Assembly: GCA_002321305.1 (NCBI GenBank)
Contig: DCMF01000098.1
Span: 28,976-92,975, forward strand
Direction of reading: 5' to 3'
Source of the DNA: Verrucomicrobia bacterium UBA1629
Lineage (GTDB): Bacteria; Verrucomicrobiota; Kiritimatiellia; RFP12; UBA1067
Length of the DNA: 64,000 nt
The translations under genes were made by a program, and so were the position numbers. The stretch's first letter is position 1. The number at the start of each line of letters is the position of its first letter. Positions 37,295-47,800 of this stretch are shown piece by piece. The notes under the pieces are model-generated. The model made no database searches and was not told the DNA's origin. It saw nothing but the letters and a program-made list of their open reading frames with translations.

Positions 37295-37999
37295 TTACTG
37301 CATCGTCGTCTCGTAGTCGTTCGGGTTCACGAGCGCCCAGATCGTCTTCGAGCGATCGACGAGGCCCTGACGGCGCTCGACCATCGGCTTGCCGCCCTGC
37401 TGCGCGTTCATGATGTTCTGGTCGTCCCAGAACTGCGAGTCGGCCTTGATGCCCTTGATCTCGCTCACGGTGCCGCCGCCGAGGACGTCGCCGTTCTGGT
37501 TCGACACCGTGAAGCCGATCGCCTTGGGCTCGCCGTAGAGCTCCAGGTAGGACGGCGGCAGGCAGACGCACGCGGCGTGCGAACCCTGCGGGATGTTGTA
37601 GTAGGTCACGGTCGTGTTGAAGTAGCTGTACGGCGGCAGGCCCATCTTGTTGCCCTTGTTCTCCTTCGCGCTCTTCGTCTCCAGCATCACGTGCCAGGTG
37701 AACGTGAGCTGGTCGAGGAACTTCGCGTAGGTCGTGTACTTCGTCTCGATCACGATCCACTTGCGCGGCTTCGTGTAGCAGTTGCCGATCATCGTCGCGC
37801 CCTGGATGGACGGCGCGGGCAGACAGCTCGACTGGCCCGTTTTCGGCATCTGGTCGATGAGGATCTTCGCCTCCTTGCCCGTCGTCACGGGACCGTCCTC
37901 GTTGCCGGCCATCGCCTGGACGCCCTTCTTTGTGCGCGGCGCCGCAACCGCCGCCGCGACCGCCACCATCGCCACCGTCATAACCATCAGCTTCTTCAT
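37295..37999 (-). CDS. Secreted hypothetical protein (signal peptide MKKLMVMTVAMVAVAAAVAA). Function unknown.
   Basis: 234 aa. Start at Met16 of the track ORF, with AAAGGAAC upstream. No recognisable domain. Confidence 0.55.
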   Translation of the reverse strand: MKKLMVMTVAMVAVAAAVAAPRTKKGVQAMAGNEDGPVTTGKEAKILIDQMPKTGQSSCLPAPSIQGATMIGNCYTKPRKWIVIETKYTTYAKFLDQLTFTWHVMLETKSAKENKGNKMGLPPYSYFNTTVTYYNIPQGSHAACVCLPPSYLELYGEPKAIGFTVSNQNGDVLGGGTVSEIKGIKADSQFWDDQNIMNAQQGGKPMVERRQGLVDRSKTIWALVNPNDYETTMQ

Positions 38000-38000
38000 G

Positions 38001-38080
38001 TTCGTGTTCCTTTCTGGTTTTTTGGTTTTCGAATTCAGATTCAAGATTTCAGATTTAAAATTTCAGATCTCTGTTTTATC
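38001..38080. promoter_or_regulatory. AT-rich upstream region of the secreted-protein gene with three direct ATCTGAA(A)T repeats. It is a candidate operator or UP element.
   Basis: Minus strand reads agATCTGAAATtttaaATCTGAAATcttgaATCTGAATtcgaaaaccaaaaaaccagaaaggaacacgaacATG. Confidence 0.3.
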
Positions 38081-38190
38081 AGACGTGAAAGACGAGAGAG
38101 GCGTGAGGGACAGGAGGCCCTTGGCCGCTCGTTGTCGCCTTAGTCTCTTCGCGCTCACGTCTCTCATGTCACTTGTCCCTCATGTCGTTG
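38081..38190. repeat. Family D palindromic element (GGCGTGAGGGACAGG ... CTTGTCCCTCATG), intergenic.
   Basis: gacgagagaggcgtgagggacaggaggcccttggccgctcgttgtcgccttagtctcttcgcgctcacgtctctcatgtcacttgtccctcatg. Confidence 0.7.
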
Positions 38191-38199
38191 AGAATTTTC

Positions 38200-39285
38200 T
38201 CACATCACCTTCATCTTCGGCAGGTCCTGGATGTCCACAAGCCCCACGATGCGGCCTTCCGCGTCGCAGACGGGCAGGTCGTCGATTCGCATCCTCTCGA
38301 AGATCTTCAGCAGCTCCGCCGCGTAGGCGTCGTCATGGACGAACTTGGGCGATTTCGTCATATGCTCGGCGACAGGCGCCGAGAGAATAATCGAATAATC
38401 GAATCGCCGAATCGTCGAATCGGGGGAAGTCTCCGAACCCGACGAAGCCCCCGTCTCTTCATTCATTCGATCATTCGACCATTCGTTCATTCGATTATTT
38501 TCCCGACTCATCACCCGCCGGAAGTCGCCGTCGGTGAAGATGCCGAGAAGCCGGCCCGCCGCATCGGCGACGACCGCCGCGCCGCCCTGCGCCTTCGTCA
38601 TCGCCATCACGGCCTCCATCACCGTCGCCGTCGGCGCGACCTTCGCGAGCCGGTCGCCCGTGCGCATGATGTCCGTCACCTTGAGGACAAGCGCACGGCC
38701 GATCGCGCCGGCCGGATGGTTCGCCGCGTAGTCCGCAAGCGAGAACTTCTGCGCGTCGATCATCACCATCGCGAGCGCGTCGCCCATCGCGAGCGTCGCC
38801 GTGACCGAGTTCGTCGGCGCCATGCCGAAGGGACACGCCTCCTTGCCGCAGGGAATCTCCACGTGCAGGTCGGCGAGCCGCGCGAGCGTCGACTGCGGAT
38901 TGCCCGTCAGCGCAATGACCTTCAGCCCGTGGCGGCGAATCGCCGGGATGAGCCGCACGACTTCCTCGGACTCGCCGCTGAACGAGAGCGCAATCAGCAG
39001 ATCGCGCGACGACACCATGCCGAGGTCGCCGTGCATCGCCTGCACGGGATTGAGGACGATCGAGCGCGTGCCCGTCGAGGCGAAGATCGCGCTCATCTTC
39101 TCCGCGACGTGCAGGTTCTTGCCGACGCCCGTGACGACGACGAGTCCGTCGTTCGCCACGCAGTCCCGCATGAGGCGGATGGCCGAGACGAACGATGCGC
39201 CGAGCGAGTCGCGGGTCTTCTTCAGACCCTCGATCTCGATGTCGAAGACTTGCTTCGCGCGCGTGATCATCTCGGTTTCGGTCAT
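38200..39285 (-). CDS. kdsD: Arabinose-5-phosphate isomerase (KdsD/KpsF type, SIS plus tandem CBS domains). It carries a family B in-frame insertion between the CBS domains.
   Basis: SIS region VVVTGVGKNLHVAEKMSAIFASTGTRSIVLNP...ALSFSGESEEV and CBS pairs. The insert is MSRENNRMNEWSNDRMNEETGASSGSETSPDSTIRRFDYSIILSA. Confidence 0.85.
   Translation of the reverse strand: MTETEMITRAKQVFDIEIEGLKKTRDSLGASFVSAIRLMRDCVANDGLVVVTGVGKNLHVAEKMSAIFASTGTRSIVLNPVQAMHGDLGMVSSRDLLIALSFSGESEEVVRLIPAIRRHGLKVIALTGNPQSTLARLADLHVEIPCGKEACPFGMAPTNSVTATLAMGDALAMVMIDAQKFSLADYAANHPAGAIGRALVLKVTDIMRTGDRLAKVAPTATVMEAVMAMTKAQGGAAVVADAAGRLLGIFTDGDFRRVMSRENNRMNEWSNDRMNEETGASSGSETSPDSTIRRFDYSIILSAPVAEHMTKSPKFVHDDAYAAELLKIFERMRIDDLPVCDAEGRIVGLVDIQDLPKMKVM
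38382..38504. repeat. Family B element in frame in kdsD.
   Basis: gagagaataatcgaataatcgaatcgccgaatcgtcgaatcgggggaagtctccgaacccgacgaagcccccgtctcttcattcattcgatcattcgaccattcgttcattcgattattttcc. Confidence 0.8.
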
Positions 39286-39342
39286 TTCGGTTGGCGATTA
39301 AGAGTTATCGGTTGTTGTCATCTGTTTTTGACTGAAGGGGCG

Positions 39343-39432
39343 TGAGGGACGCGAGAGACAAGAGACCGAACCGTCTCTCATTGTCGCTCTTGTCTCTTTG
39401 TCTCACGTCTCTCATGACTCTCGCGCCCCTTT
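39343..39432. repeat. Family D palindromic element, intergenic between kdsD and pta.
   Basis: aaggggcgtgagggacgcgagagacaagagaccgaaccgtctctcattgtcgctcttgtctctttgtctcacgtctctcatgactctcgcgcccctt. Confidence 0.75.
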
Positions 39433-39440
39433 TGTCAATT

Positions 39441-40478
39441 TTACTTCGTCGTCGACTGCAGCAGCGTCACGCACATCGTGCCGACGATGTCCTCCGCCGA
39501 GCAGCCGCGCGAGAGGTCGTTCATCGCCTTCGCGAGCCCCTGCAGGTTCGGGCCGATCGCGTCCGCCTCGCCGAGGCGCTGCGCGATCTTGTAGCCGATG
39601 TTGCCCGCCTGGAGGTCCGGGAAGATGAAGACGTTCGCATCGCCCTGGATCGCGCCGTCCCGGTTCTTCTGCCGGCCGACCGACGGCACGATGGCCGCGT
39701 CGAACTGCAGTTCGCCGTCCATCCGAATGCCCTTCTCGGCGAAGGCCGGCTTCGCCAGCTCGACCGCCTTCTGCACCTTCTCGACGAGATCGCCGCCGGC
39801 GGAACCCTTCGTGGAGAACGAGAGGTACGCGACCTTCGGCTCGTTCCCCGTCAGGTCCCGGTACGTCTGCGCCGTCGCGAGGCCGATGTCGACGAGCTGT
39901 TCCGCCGTCGGGTTGGGAATGACGGCGCAGTCGCCGAACGCGAGCACGCTGTCGCCCGAGGCCGTCGGCCGCTTGAGGTCGAGGATGAAGCACGAGGAGG
40001 CCGTCTTCACGCCCTTCTGCGTGCCGAGCGTGTGGAACGCCGCACGCAGCATGTCGCCCGTCGAGGCGATGGAGCCGGCGACAAGGCCGTTGACGCGGCC
40101 GAGCTTGACCATCATGCCGCCGAAGTAGATGCGCTTCGTGCGGAGCGTCTTCTGCGCCCCGGCGAGGTCGATGATCTTCTGCTTCTCGGCGGGCTTGCGC
40201 GACTCCTTTGCGTTCCAGGCCGCGAGATAGGCCTCTTCGAGTTCCGCGTCGCCCTGCGTGTAGTCGATGACCCGGATGCTGCGGTCGGCGAGCTTCAGGC
40301 CCGCCTTCGCCTCGGCGTCGGCGATCTCCGCCGCCGTGCCCAGCACGACCGGCGTGCAGATCTGGCGATCGACGACGGCGCAGGCCGCCGTGATGACGCG
40401 CGGGTCGTTTCCCTCGGGCAGAACGACCGTGCCGTTCAGCTTCGAGGCCCTTTCGATAATGTTCTTGATGGCGTTCAT
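39441..40478 (-). CDS. pta: Phosphate acetyltransferase Pta (short form, 345 aa). Start at MNAIKNIIERA.
   Basis: Pta core motifs (IYFGGMMVKLGRVNGLVAGSI, SFSTKGSAGG) are present. The ATG overlaps the ackA TGA stop in an ATGA. The remainder of track ORF 39441..41783 is antisense junk. Confidence 0.9.
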   Translation of the reverse strand: MNAIKNIIERASKLNGTVVLPEGNDPRVITAACAVVDRQICTPVVLGTAAEIADAEAKAGLKLADRSIRVIDYTQGDAELEEAYLAAWNAKESRKPAEKQKIIDLAGAQKTLRTKRIYFGGMMVKLGRVNGLVAGSIASTGDMLRAAFHTLGTQKGVKTASSCFILDLKRPTASGDSVLAFGDCAVIPNPTAEQLVDIGLATAQTYRDLTGNEPKVAYLSFSTKGSAGGDLVEKVQKAVELAKPAFAEKGIRMDGELQFDAAIVPSVGRQKNRDGAIQGDANVFIFPDLQAGNIGYKIAQRLGEADAIGPNLQGLAKAMNDLSRGCSAEDIVGTMCVTLLQSTTK

Positions 40479-41671
40479 TTCTTTCCCCCCAAGACCCTTA
40501 CCGTGTCGCGGGCGATCATCAGCTCCTCGTTCGTCGGGATGACCACGACGGGGATCTTCGAGTCCTTCGTCGAGATGACCTTCAGCTCGCCGCGCACCCT
40601 GTTCGCCGCCTTGTCGAGCTTGATGCCGAGCGCGCCGAGGCGCGCGAGGATGCGCGCGCGCACTTCCGACGAGTTCTCGCCGATGCCGCCGGTCAGGACG
40701 ATGGCGTCCGCCCCGCCGACGATCGTGTTGTAGCCGCCGATGTAGAGCGCGACGCGGTAGGCGAGCATCTCCAGCGCGAGTTCGGCCATCTTGTCGCCCT
40801 TGTCGGCCTTCGCGCAGATGTCGCGGCAGTCGCTCGACCCCGTGAGCGCAAGCAGGCCCGACTTCTTGTTGAGGAGCGTGTCCGCCTGCTCCGGCGTGAG
40901 GTGCTCGGCCTCCATGATCGCGAGGACGGCCGCCGCGTCGATGTTGCCGCAGCGCGTGCCCATCACGAGGCCGGCGAGCGGCGTGAGGCCCATCGTCGTA
41001 TCGACGACCTGGCCGTTCTTGATCGCCGCAAGCGAGCTGCCGTTGCCGAGGTGGCACGTGACGAGGTTCACCTTCGCGAGCGGCTTCTTCAGGAACTTCG
41101 CCGCCGCGAGCGTCACGAACTTGTGGGACGTGCCGTGGAAGCCGTACTTGCGGATGCCGAGCTTCCTGTAGTACTTCGGGTCGATCGCGTACATGCCCGC
41201 GCAGTCCGGCATCGTCGCGATGTGGAAGGCCGTGTCGAAGACGCCGACGTTCGGGACGCCCTTGAAGATCTTCTCGCACGCCTCGATGCCGCCGAGGTTC
41301 GCCGGCATGTGGAGGGGGCCGAACTTCACGAGCTTCCTCGCCTTCGCCATGTTCGCCTTGTCCATGAGCGCCGAGTCCTTGAAGACCTCGCCGCCGTGGA
41401 GGACGCGGTGGCCGATCGCGTCGATGCCAAGCGGGTTGCGAGACGTGAGGCGTGAGTCGTGCGTCGAGACGAGGGCCGGATTCGCCGAGAGCTCGGCGAC
41501 GACCTGCTTCAGGGCCTCGGCGTGATCCTTCGGGCCGCCGCAGCCGATGCGCTCGATGACGCCCTTCGCGAGACGCGTCTCGGTCTTCATGTCGAAGAGC
41601 TGGTACTTGAGCGAGCTGGAGCCCGAATTGATGACGAGAACTTTGCGAATTTCCTTTTTCATCATAGTCAC
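40475..41671 (-). CDS. ackA: Acetate kinase AckA.
   Basis: VLVINSGSSSLKYQLF N-terminus and FHGTSHKFV motifs, 398 aa. Confidence 0.95.
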   Translation of the reverse strand: MTMMKKEIRKVLVINSGSSSLKYQLFDMKTETRLAKGVIERIGCGGPKDHAEALKQVVAELSANPALVSTHDSRLTSRNPLGIDAIGHRVLHGGEVFKDSALMDKANMAKARKLVKFGPLHMPANLGGIEACEKIFKGVPNVGVFDTAFHIATMPDCAGMYAIDPKYYRKLGIRKYGFHGTSHKFVTLAAAKFLKKPLAKVNLVTCHLGNGSSLAAIKNGQVVDTTMGLTPLAGLVMGTRCGNIDAAAVLAIMEAEHLTPEQADTLLNKKSGLLALTGSSDCRDICAKADKGDKMAELALEMLAYRVALYIGGYNTIVGGADAIVLTGGIGENSSEVRARILARLGALGIKLDKAANRVRGELKVISTKDSKIPVVVIPTNEELMIARDTVRVLGGKK

Positions 41672-41695
41672 TTTCGGTTTCAGATTTGTCTTTTC

Positions 41696-41780
41696 CCCGT
41701 CCCGTTTGTCCGCTGTCCTTTGCGCGCCGTCCTTCCTTCGAGAGCCTCGGACAGAGGACAGCCGACAGCGGACAAACAGG
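41696..41780. repeat. Family E palindromic element in the ackA leader, downstream of the giant gene stop.
   Basis: cccgtttgtccgctgtcctttgcgcgccgtccttccttcgagagcctcggacagaggacagccgacagcggacaaacagg. Confidence 0.6.
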
Positions 41781-41845
41781 CATTCATCTCATTCGATTAT
41801 TCAGTCATTCGATTATTCGATTATTCGATCATTCGATTACTGTTC
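41781..41845. repeat. Family B-type single-orientation array (CATTCGATTATTCG units) spanning the 3' end and stop of the giant gene.
   Basis: cattcatctcattcgattattcagtcattcgattattcgattattcgatcattcgattactgttcgatctcgacc. Confidence 0.6.
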
Positions 41846-44800
41846 GATCTCGACCTTGTAGAAGCCGCCGGTCGCCTGGACGTCGGACATCGGAACGCGG
41901 ATGACGCCCGACTTCAGGCTGTCGCCCGAAACCGTCACCGCCTCCGTCGCGACCGTCTGCCATTCGCCCGCAAGCGTCGCGGTGTGCAGCACCTTCACCG
42001 TCACCGTCGAGCCGAGCTTGACGCGGTAGACCCCCGACGCGACCTGTTCCGGCTGCGTGACCGAACCCGCGACCGTCAGCTCGACAGCCCCCGCCGCCGC
42101 GTCGAACGCCATGCCGGAGATGACCAACGTACCGTCCTCGACGGTCGGGTTTTGGCAGAGCTCGCCCGTCGCCGGATCAACCGTCAGGTTCGGCGAAACG
42201 CCCATCGCCAGCGCCGCGAAGGACGCGGACGAGAGGAAGGCGTTCTGGATGCCGCTCGCCAGACCCGCCGTCGGCACGTTCGCGCGGTTGATCTCGTAGA
42301 GCATGTCCCTGACCAGGGTGTTGTCGATGGCGACCTCGCCCGCACCCGACAGGGTCAGGCGATCCACGCCCTTGGCCGTCAGGAACGTGCCGTTCGCGCG
42401 CTGTGCCGCCGTCGCCATCACGTACTCCCAGGCGTCCGGCAGGTTGTCGCCGTCCGTGTCAGCGTCTTCGAGGTAGATCGTCACCGCCTCGCTCGCGCCC
42501 ACGCTGCCGCCGACCGTGACCGCCACCGGGTTGAGGTAGTCGGCCGTCGAGCCGTCACGCTGGCAGAAGTAGCCCATCGACTCCCACTTGTCCCAGACGC
42601 CGTTGCCGTTCGAGTCCACGAACGCCTGCAGGTAGTAGTCGCCCTTCGGGAGCCCGAGGAGGCGGCAGTTGACGCCGCCGTCCGTCACCGTCTTGTCGAC
42701 GAATCCGCCGGAGACCGGCGCACCCGTGAAGTCGGGCGACGTGTAGGCCCGGACGCGGATGAGCGCGTTCGCGTCGTTCGTGACGACCGCCGGCCCGTAG
42801 TAGCGGACGGACGTCTGGATGCTGCCGATGTCGTAGCCGTTCGTCTGCACGCCCATGCGGAACGTGCCGCCCGTGACGAAGCTGTCGTTCTTGAACTTCG
42901 CGTTCGCCGCGGAAATCGACCACGTGTACGCCTTGTTGTTCTCGAAGACGCCCGTCGCGCCCGCCGGACGGTCGCCGACGAACACCGGCGCCGCCCATGT
43001 GTAGACGCCGTCCGCATCCGCCGCCGGCATCCGCAGGTAGTCGCTCGTCCAGCTGAACGCGCCATCCGCGCTCTTGATCATGACCTTGAACGCCGTGTAG
43101 CCGTTGCTGTTGTAGGGCATCCGCCACTGGAACGTCGGCTGACCCAGCTTCACGACGCCGTTGCCGCTGGCAATCGGCTCGGGCAGAAGGCGCTTCGTGT
43201 CGAACCAACGCACCGGCATCACCTTCGACATGTTGCTCGATTCACCAAGGGACGCAACCGATTCGTTTCCAATTACAATGCGGTAGACGACACCGAGTAC
43301 ATCGCCCAACATGTACTGTGAAGCCCCCGTCGAAGACGGAATGCGCCCGTTACTGCCTATCCGACTAATAACATCACCATACAAAGTCTCCCAATCTACA
43401 TCTAACGCGCCCGTCGCCAAGAAGTTAGCCTCGGTAATCCACGGATTCACGCCATCAGAGACTTGCATGTCAAGGATGACGCGATTGCCTCCTGCGCCAA
43501 CATCTTCAGCGAAAACCTCGCCCTGCGTACCGAAGATGATGTGCCGCACGACGCGGATGCGGTTGTAGACGCCGCCGCTCGGCTGGGACGCCGACACGAA
43601 GTTCGTGTAGTTGCCGCTTTCCGTGCCGTAGAGGACCGTGCGATCATCGAGACCCTTGATCGGATCGACGCGCGCAAAGACCGGCGTCGTGTCCGTCAGC
43701 ATGAGCGCGGCCGACGTGCCCTTCCACGAGACGTCCACGCCCGTGACGCAGCCATAGGGCTCGCCCGCCGTGTACGCGCCGTCGCCGTCCAGGTCGGCGA
43801 AGGCGATGATCGTGTTCAGGCCCTCGCGGACGTGGCCCGTGTCGGCCTGACCGAGGTAAAGCTTGCGCGGCAGGCCCACCGCCTCGTTCGCCGAATAGGC
43901 GATACGGAAGGACTGATCCTCCAGCGAGATGTAGTCGCTGTCATTCGTCACGTTGGAGACGTACTGATCCTTGAAGACACCAAGGTTGAGGTCGAATGCA
44001 CCCGTGGTCAAATCGACCGTGCCAAGCACGCGCCCCGACTTGGTGTGAAGCCACTTCGCGGTCTTGCTGCTCTCGTCGCTGCGAACCTCCAGATCCGTCA
44101 GCACGCTGTACTCCGTGCCGCGCGAGAGAAGCTCAACGTTGTTGTCGCCGTACTTGCGCCTGTCGGCGTCATATTCGGCGCGCGTACCGCGCTTGTCCTC
44201 GTACCACACCTTTCCCGTGGCGACGCGGTAGTGGGTGACCGACCAGCTGTACGTCTCGCTCGACGGATCGTAGCAGAACTCAAGCTGCAGGGAGTTCTTG
44301 TTAATGTAGCCCGGCGTCAACGTACCGATCGCGTGGCGATTCGACCACTTGCCAATCGTCCGCGTATAGGCCGTGCCGTCGGCGGTCTGCGACGAGCCGC
44401 TGCCGGAACTGGACGTTCCCGTGCCTGTGCTGCTCGTCTTGCTGACCTTGCCGATGTTGTAGACGGCATCCGCCCCGCGGTTCATGTTCGTGCTCGTGTA
44501 CGTCTGGACGACGAGCGACGCCTTCTCGACCGCATCCTTGCGCGGACCCGCGTAGTTGACGGCGAGTGCAACCGCCGGGATCGGATAGTCCGCCACAAGG
44601 CCATCGGCCGCCGCATAGTGCGACTGCTCATCGGCAACAATCGGCATGCCCTGCTTCGCGTAGCGCGCCTCGCTGCGGTTCGACCAGCCGTCGCCGTCCG
44701 CATCCGCATACGGGTCATAGACGCTGCGCGAGGCATAGCCGTCCGAATAGAGGTCTTCCCAAGCGTCGTCCACAAGGTCGTGGTCAGTGAAGATCTCGCC

Positions 44801-47800
44801 GACGTAGAGGTCGCCGACCTGGAAGAAGTAGTCGGGCACGCCCGGATTCACCGAATCGGCGCGCGTCGGGTCGAACCGCTTGCCCAGCTTCGAGAACACC
44901 TCGGAAAGAAGGTATTCGACATAGTTCGGGAGGCCGTCGTTGTCATGGTCGTCGAGGCCGGACTCGTTCTGGAGGCCGTAGAGTTCCTCCCACCAGTCGG
45001 GCAAGCCGTTGCCGTTGACGTCGTAGCGCTGACGGAATTTCTCGACGCTGGCGTCGTCCGTAACGGGGTCATCGTTCTCGTCACCGTGATAGCCGCGCGC
45101 CAAGTCGCGCAGATACGCCTCGTAGGCCTTCATGTACGTGCCATTCGTCTGGTCGGGCCACCTGACGAGCGTTTCCCAGCCGATGTCGCCCGTTCCCGTG
45201 ACCGCGTTGTCGCGGTAGAGGTCATTGGCCAGCTTCTCCCACCAGTCAGGCAGGCCGTCGCCGTCCTCGTCGGCGCCGGCGACCTCCCAGTTCGAGGACG
45301 ATCCCTGGCTGTCCCACAGGTCATCGGTGTGCTTCGCGTAGGCGCCGCCGAGCGCAAGCAGATCGTCGCCCATCTGGTTGAGATGGCGCCCCGTGAACTC
45401 GAAAAGCGTCACGAAGTTCGAATTGTTCGACACGGCGGCGTCATACGTCGCCGCGAAGTGGCGACGGCTGCTCGCCGCAAAGTATTCCGCGTCCGTGTAC
45501 TTGACGTCGCCGCGCAGGTACTGCGTCCAAAGCGAAACCGGCTCGGCCGTGCGGGCGAACTTGTACGAACCTGCCATGTCGCCCTTGTAGTCCTCGCTCC
45601 AGTAGCGGGAGTCGAGCGTCGTGCCGTCGTAGCGCGGCAGGTGCGCGACGGTGTTCGGCACCCAGCAGATCCACGCCGGGTGGTTGTAGACCGTGTCCGT
45701 GTAGCCCGCCAGAACGTCCTGCCACCACGCGATGCCGTAGCCCTCCGGGCGCGAGCGGAGCGCACGCCCGCCGTCGCCAGCCGCGTTCACGCCTTCGTAG
45801 TCGAACCCGGCCGGGGCCGTCGCGACCGCGCCCTCGTTCGCCGCGCCGAAGAGCGAGTCGAACGCCCAGTGGAAGCGCAGTTCCGCCGGGAGCGGATACG
45901 GATTGCCGCTGCCGTCCTTCGCGTAGCGGCCGCGGTAGATGTCGCTCACGCCGCCCTTGCTCCACTCGGCGAAGAACGCCTCGCGGTTCGCCTTCGCGTC
46001 CTCGGACGTGAAGCGCGTCATCTTCGCGGCGGCGATCTCGTCCGCCGTGCGCGCGCCGTCCCAGATGCGGACTTCATCGACAAAGCCCGTGAAGAAGCTC
46101 TTGTAGGCGTCCCAGCCGAGGCCGCGCGTGACGTCCAGCGCGAGACCTTTGCGTCCGTCGGCCGTCGTCTTCACGCTCGCGCCGATGACGATCGCGTGAT
46201 GCGAGTAGATGCGTCCGCCGAGGTACGCGCCGCCGGGGTCACTCGTCGCGGCGTCGATCATCCCATAGGTCGGCTGAAGCCCCGACTTGACGTAGCCGGC
46301 AACCTTGCCGTCCACGTAGAGCGTCAGCGTGTCCGCATCATACGTCGCCGCGAGATGCGTCCATGCCGTCGTCGCCGGAAGATCGCTGAACGCCTCGACG
46401 GTGTTGCGCGTCGTGTCGTTCGGGTCGAAGCCCGTGTACCACCGGCCGCCCTTCAGGCCGAGGCGGAAGTTGCAGCGGACGTACTCGCGGTCGTCCGGGC
46501 TCGACATCTCCACGCGCACCGCGCGCTCGATGACGGTCGCGTCGTCCAGCGACTCCGCCTTGACCCAGCACTCGACCGTGTACTGGACGAACTCCATGTC
46601 ATCAGGATACCGCCCGCCACGGGAAGCCAGCGGATGGTACTCGCGTGTGAAGGGCATGGTCTGGAGGATCGAGGGGCGCGTCGGGCCCTGGAAGTACATC
46701 GCCTGGCGACGGCGCGGCGAATCCGCGTCGATCGGGTCGGTCTTGCCGCGATACTTGCCAGCGACCTCGTCCTGGTCATTGAGGCCGTCATGGTCGGAGT
46801 CGAAGCCCTCGTTCTGCTCGAAGGAAGCGACCCAGCCATAGGCGTTGTTCACGCCGACGACCTTCCAGGCGTCGGGGTTGTAGCCGATGAACGCGCCACC
46901 GGCCATGTCAGCCGACGCATAGCCGTCAAAGTCGGCGAACCGATACGTCTGGCCCCCGAAAGTGAAGCCGTCGCCCGACAGCATGATCGCCTCGGCGCGA
47001 TACGGCATGCGGTAGTTCATGCGCACGAGCGAGTTCGAGTAGGTCGAGTCGGTCATCCACAGCGGCGTCGGGTCGGTATGGTGCCAGATCGCCGTCGGAT
47101 TGACGAGCGGCATGATCGCCTCCTCCTGGTTGCGGATGCCGTCGCCGTCGGGGTCGGCCGTCGCGAGGCCGTTCAGCCACGGGAAGACCTCGAAGTCGTA
47201 GCCGTTGCCACGCGGCTGCTTGCCCGTCCAGCTCGGCAGGGAGACCTTGCGCTGCCAGTAGTTCAGGGTGGAGGCGGTTTCTCCCCAGGCCTCCGGCGTC
47301 AGCTTCGTGTTCGAGTAGAGCGCGTCATAGATGACGTCAAAGCCGCCCGAATCCTTCAGCTGGCCACTCCGTCCCAGAAGCGGGTTCATGCCGTGGAAGA
47401 CCTCGTAGTAGTCGTCCATGCCGTCATGGTCGGTGTCAGGGTCGATCGGCGAGCAGCTCGCGTACTTCGTCGGCACGTAGTTGATGTCGCTCGGCTTCGC
47501 GCCCAGGACGGCCTCCCACGCCGCGCCCCACGTGTCCTTGAACTTGTGTTCGTTGGCGCGGTCGTAGAACCAGTAGTAGGCGCCGGTCGTCTTCTTCTTG
47601 CCCAGCGTAAAGTCGAGATAGGCCGCGTCCCAGACGTTCGTCACGCGCGAGAAGTACTGCGCGCCCGAACCCATGTCCATGACGAGGTGCGGGTTGTAGA
47701 TCGCGCTGGAGGCGTCCACGAGCGTCTTGTACCAGAACTCGTTCACGTCGTCGCTGCCGAGCAGGCCGGCCGCGTGGAACTTGCGCGCCGCCGCGCCCGC

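Noticed and set aside
41700-41781. Long hairpin considered as a rho-independent terminator for the giant gene.
   Set aside because: It is not followed by a U-tract on the relevant strand. It shares its sequence with the element in the pilMN leader, so it was classed as a family E repeat or leader structure instead.
39441-41783. 780-aa track ORF.
   Set aside because: Only the C-terminal 345 aa (39441..40478) are Pta. The remainder is antisense or out-of-frame read-through across ackA, with R/G/H-rich composition.
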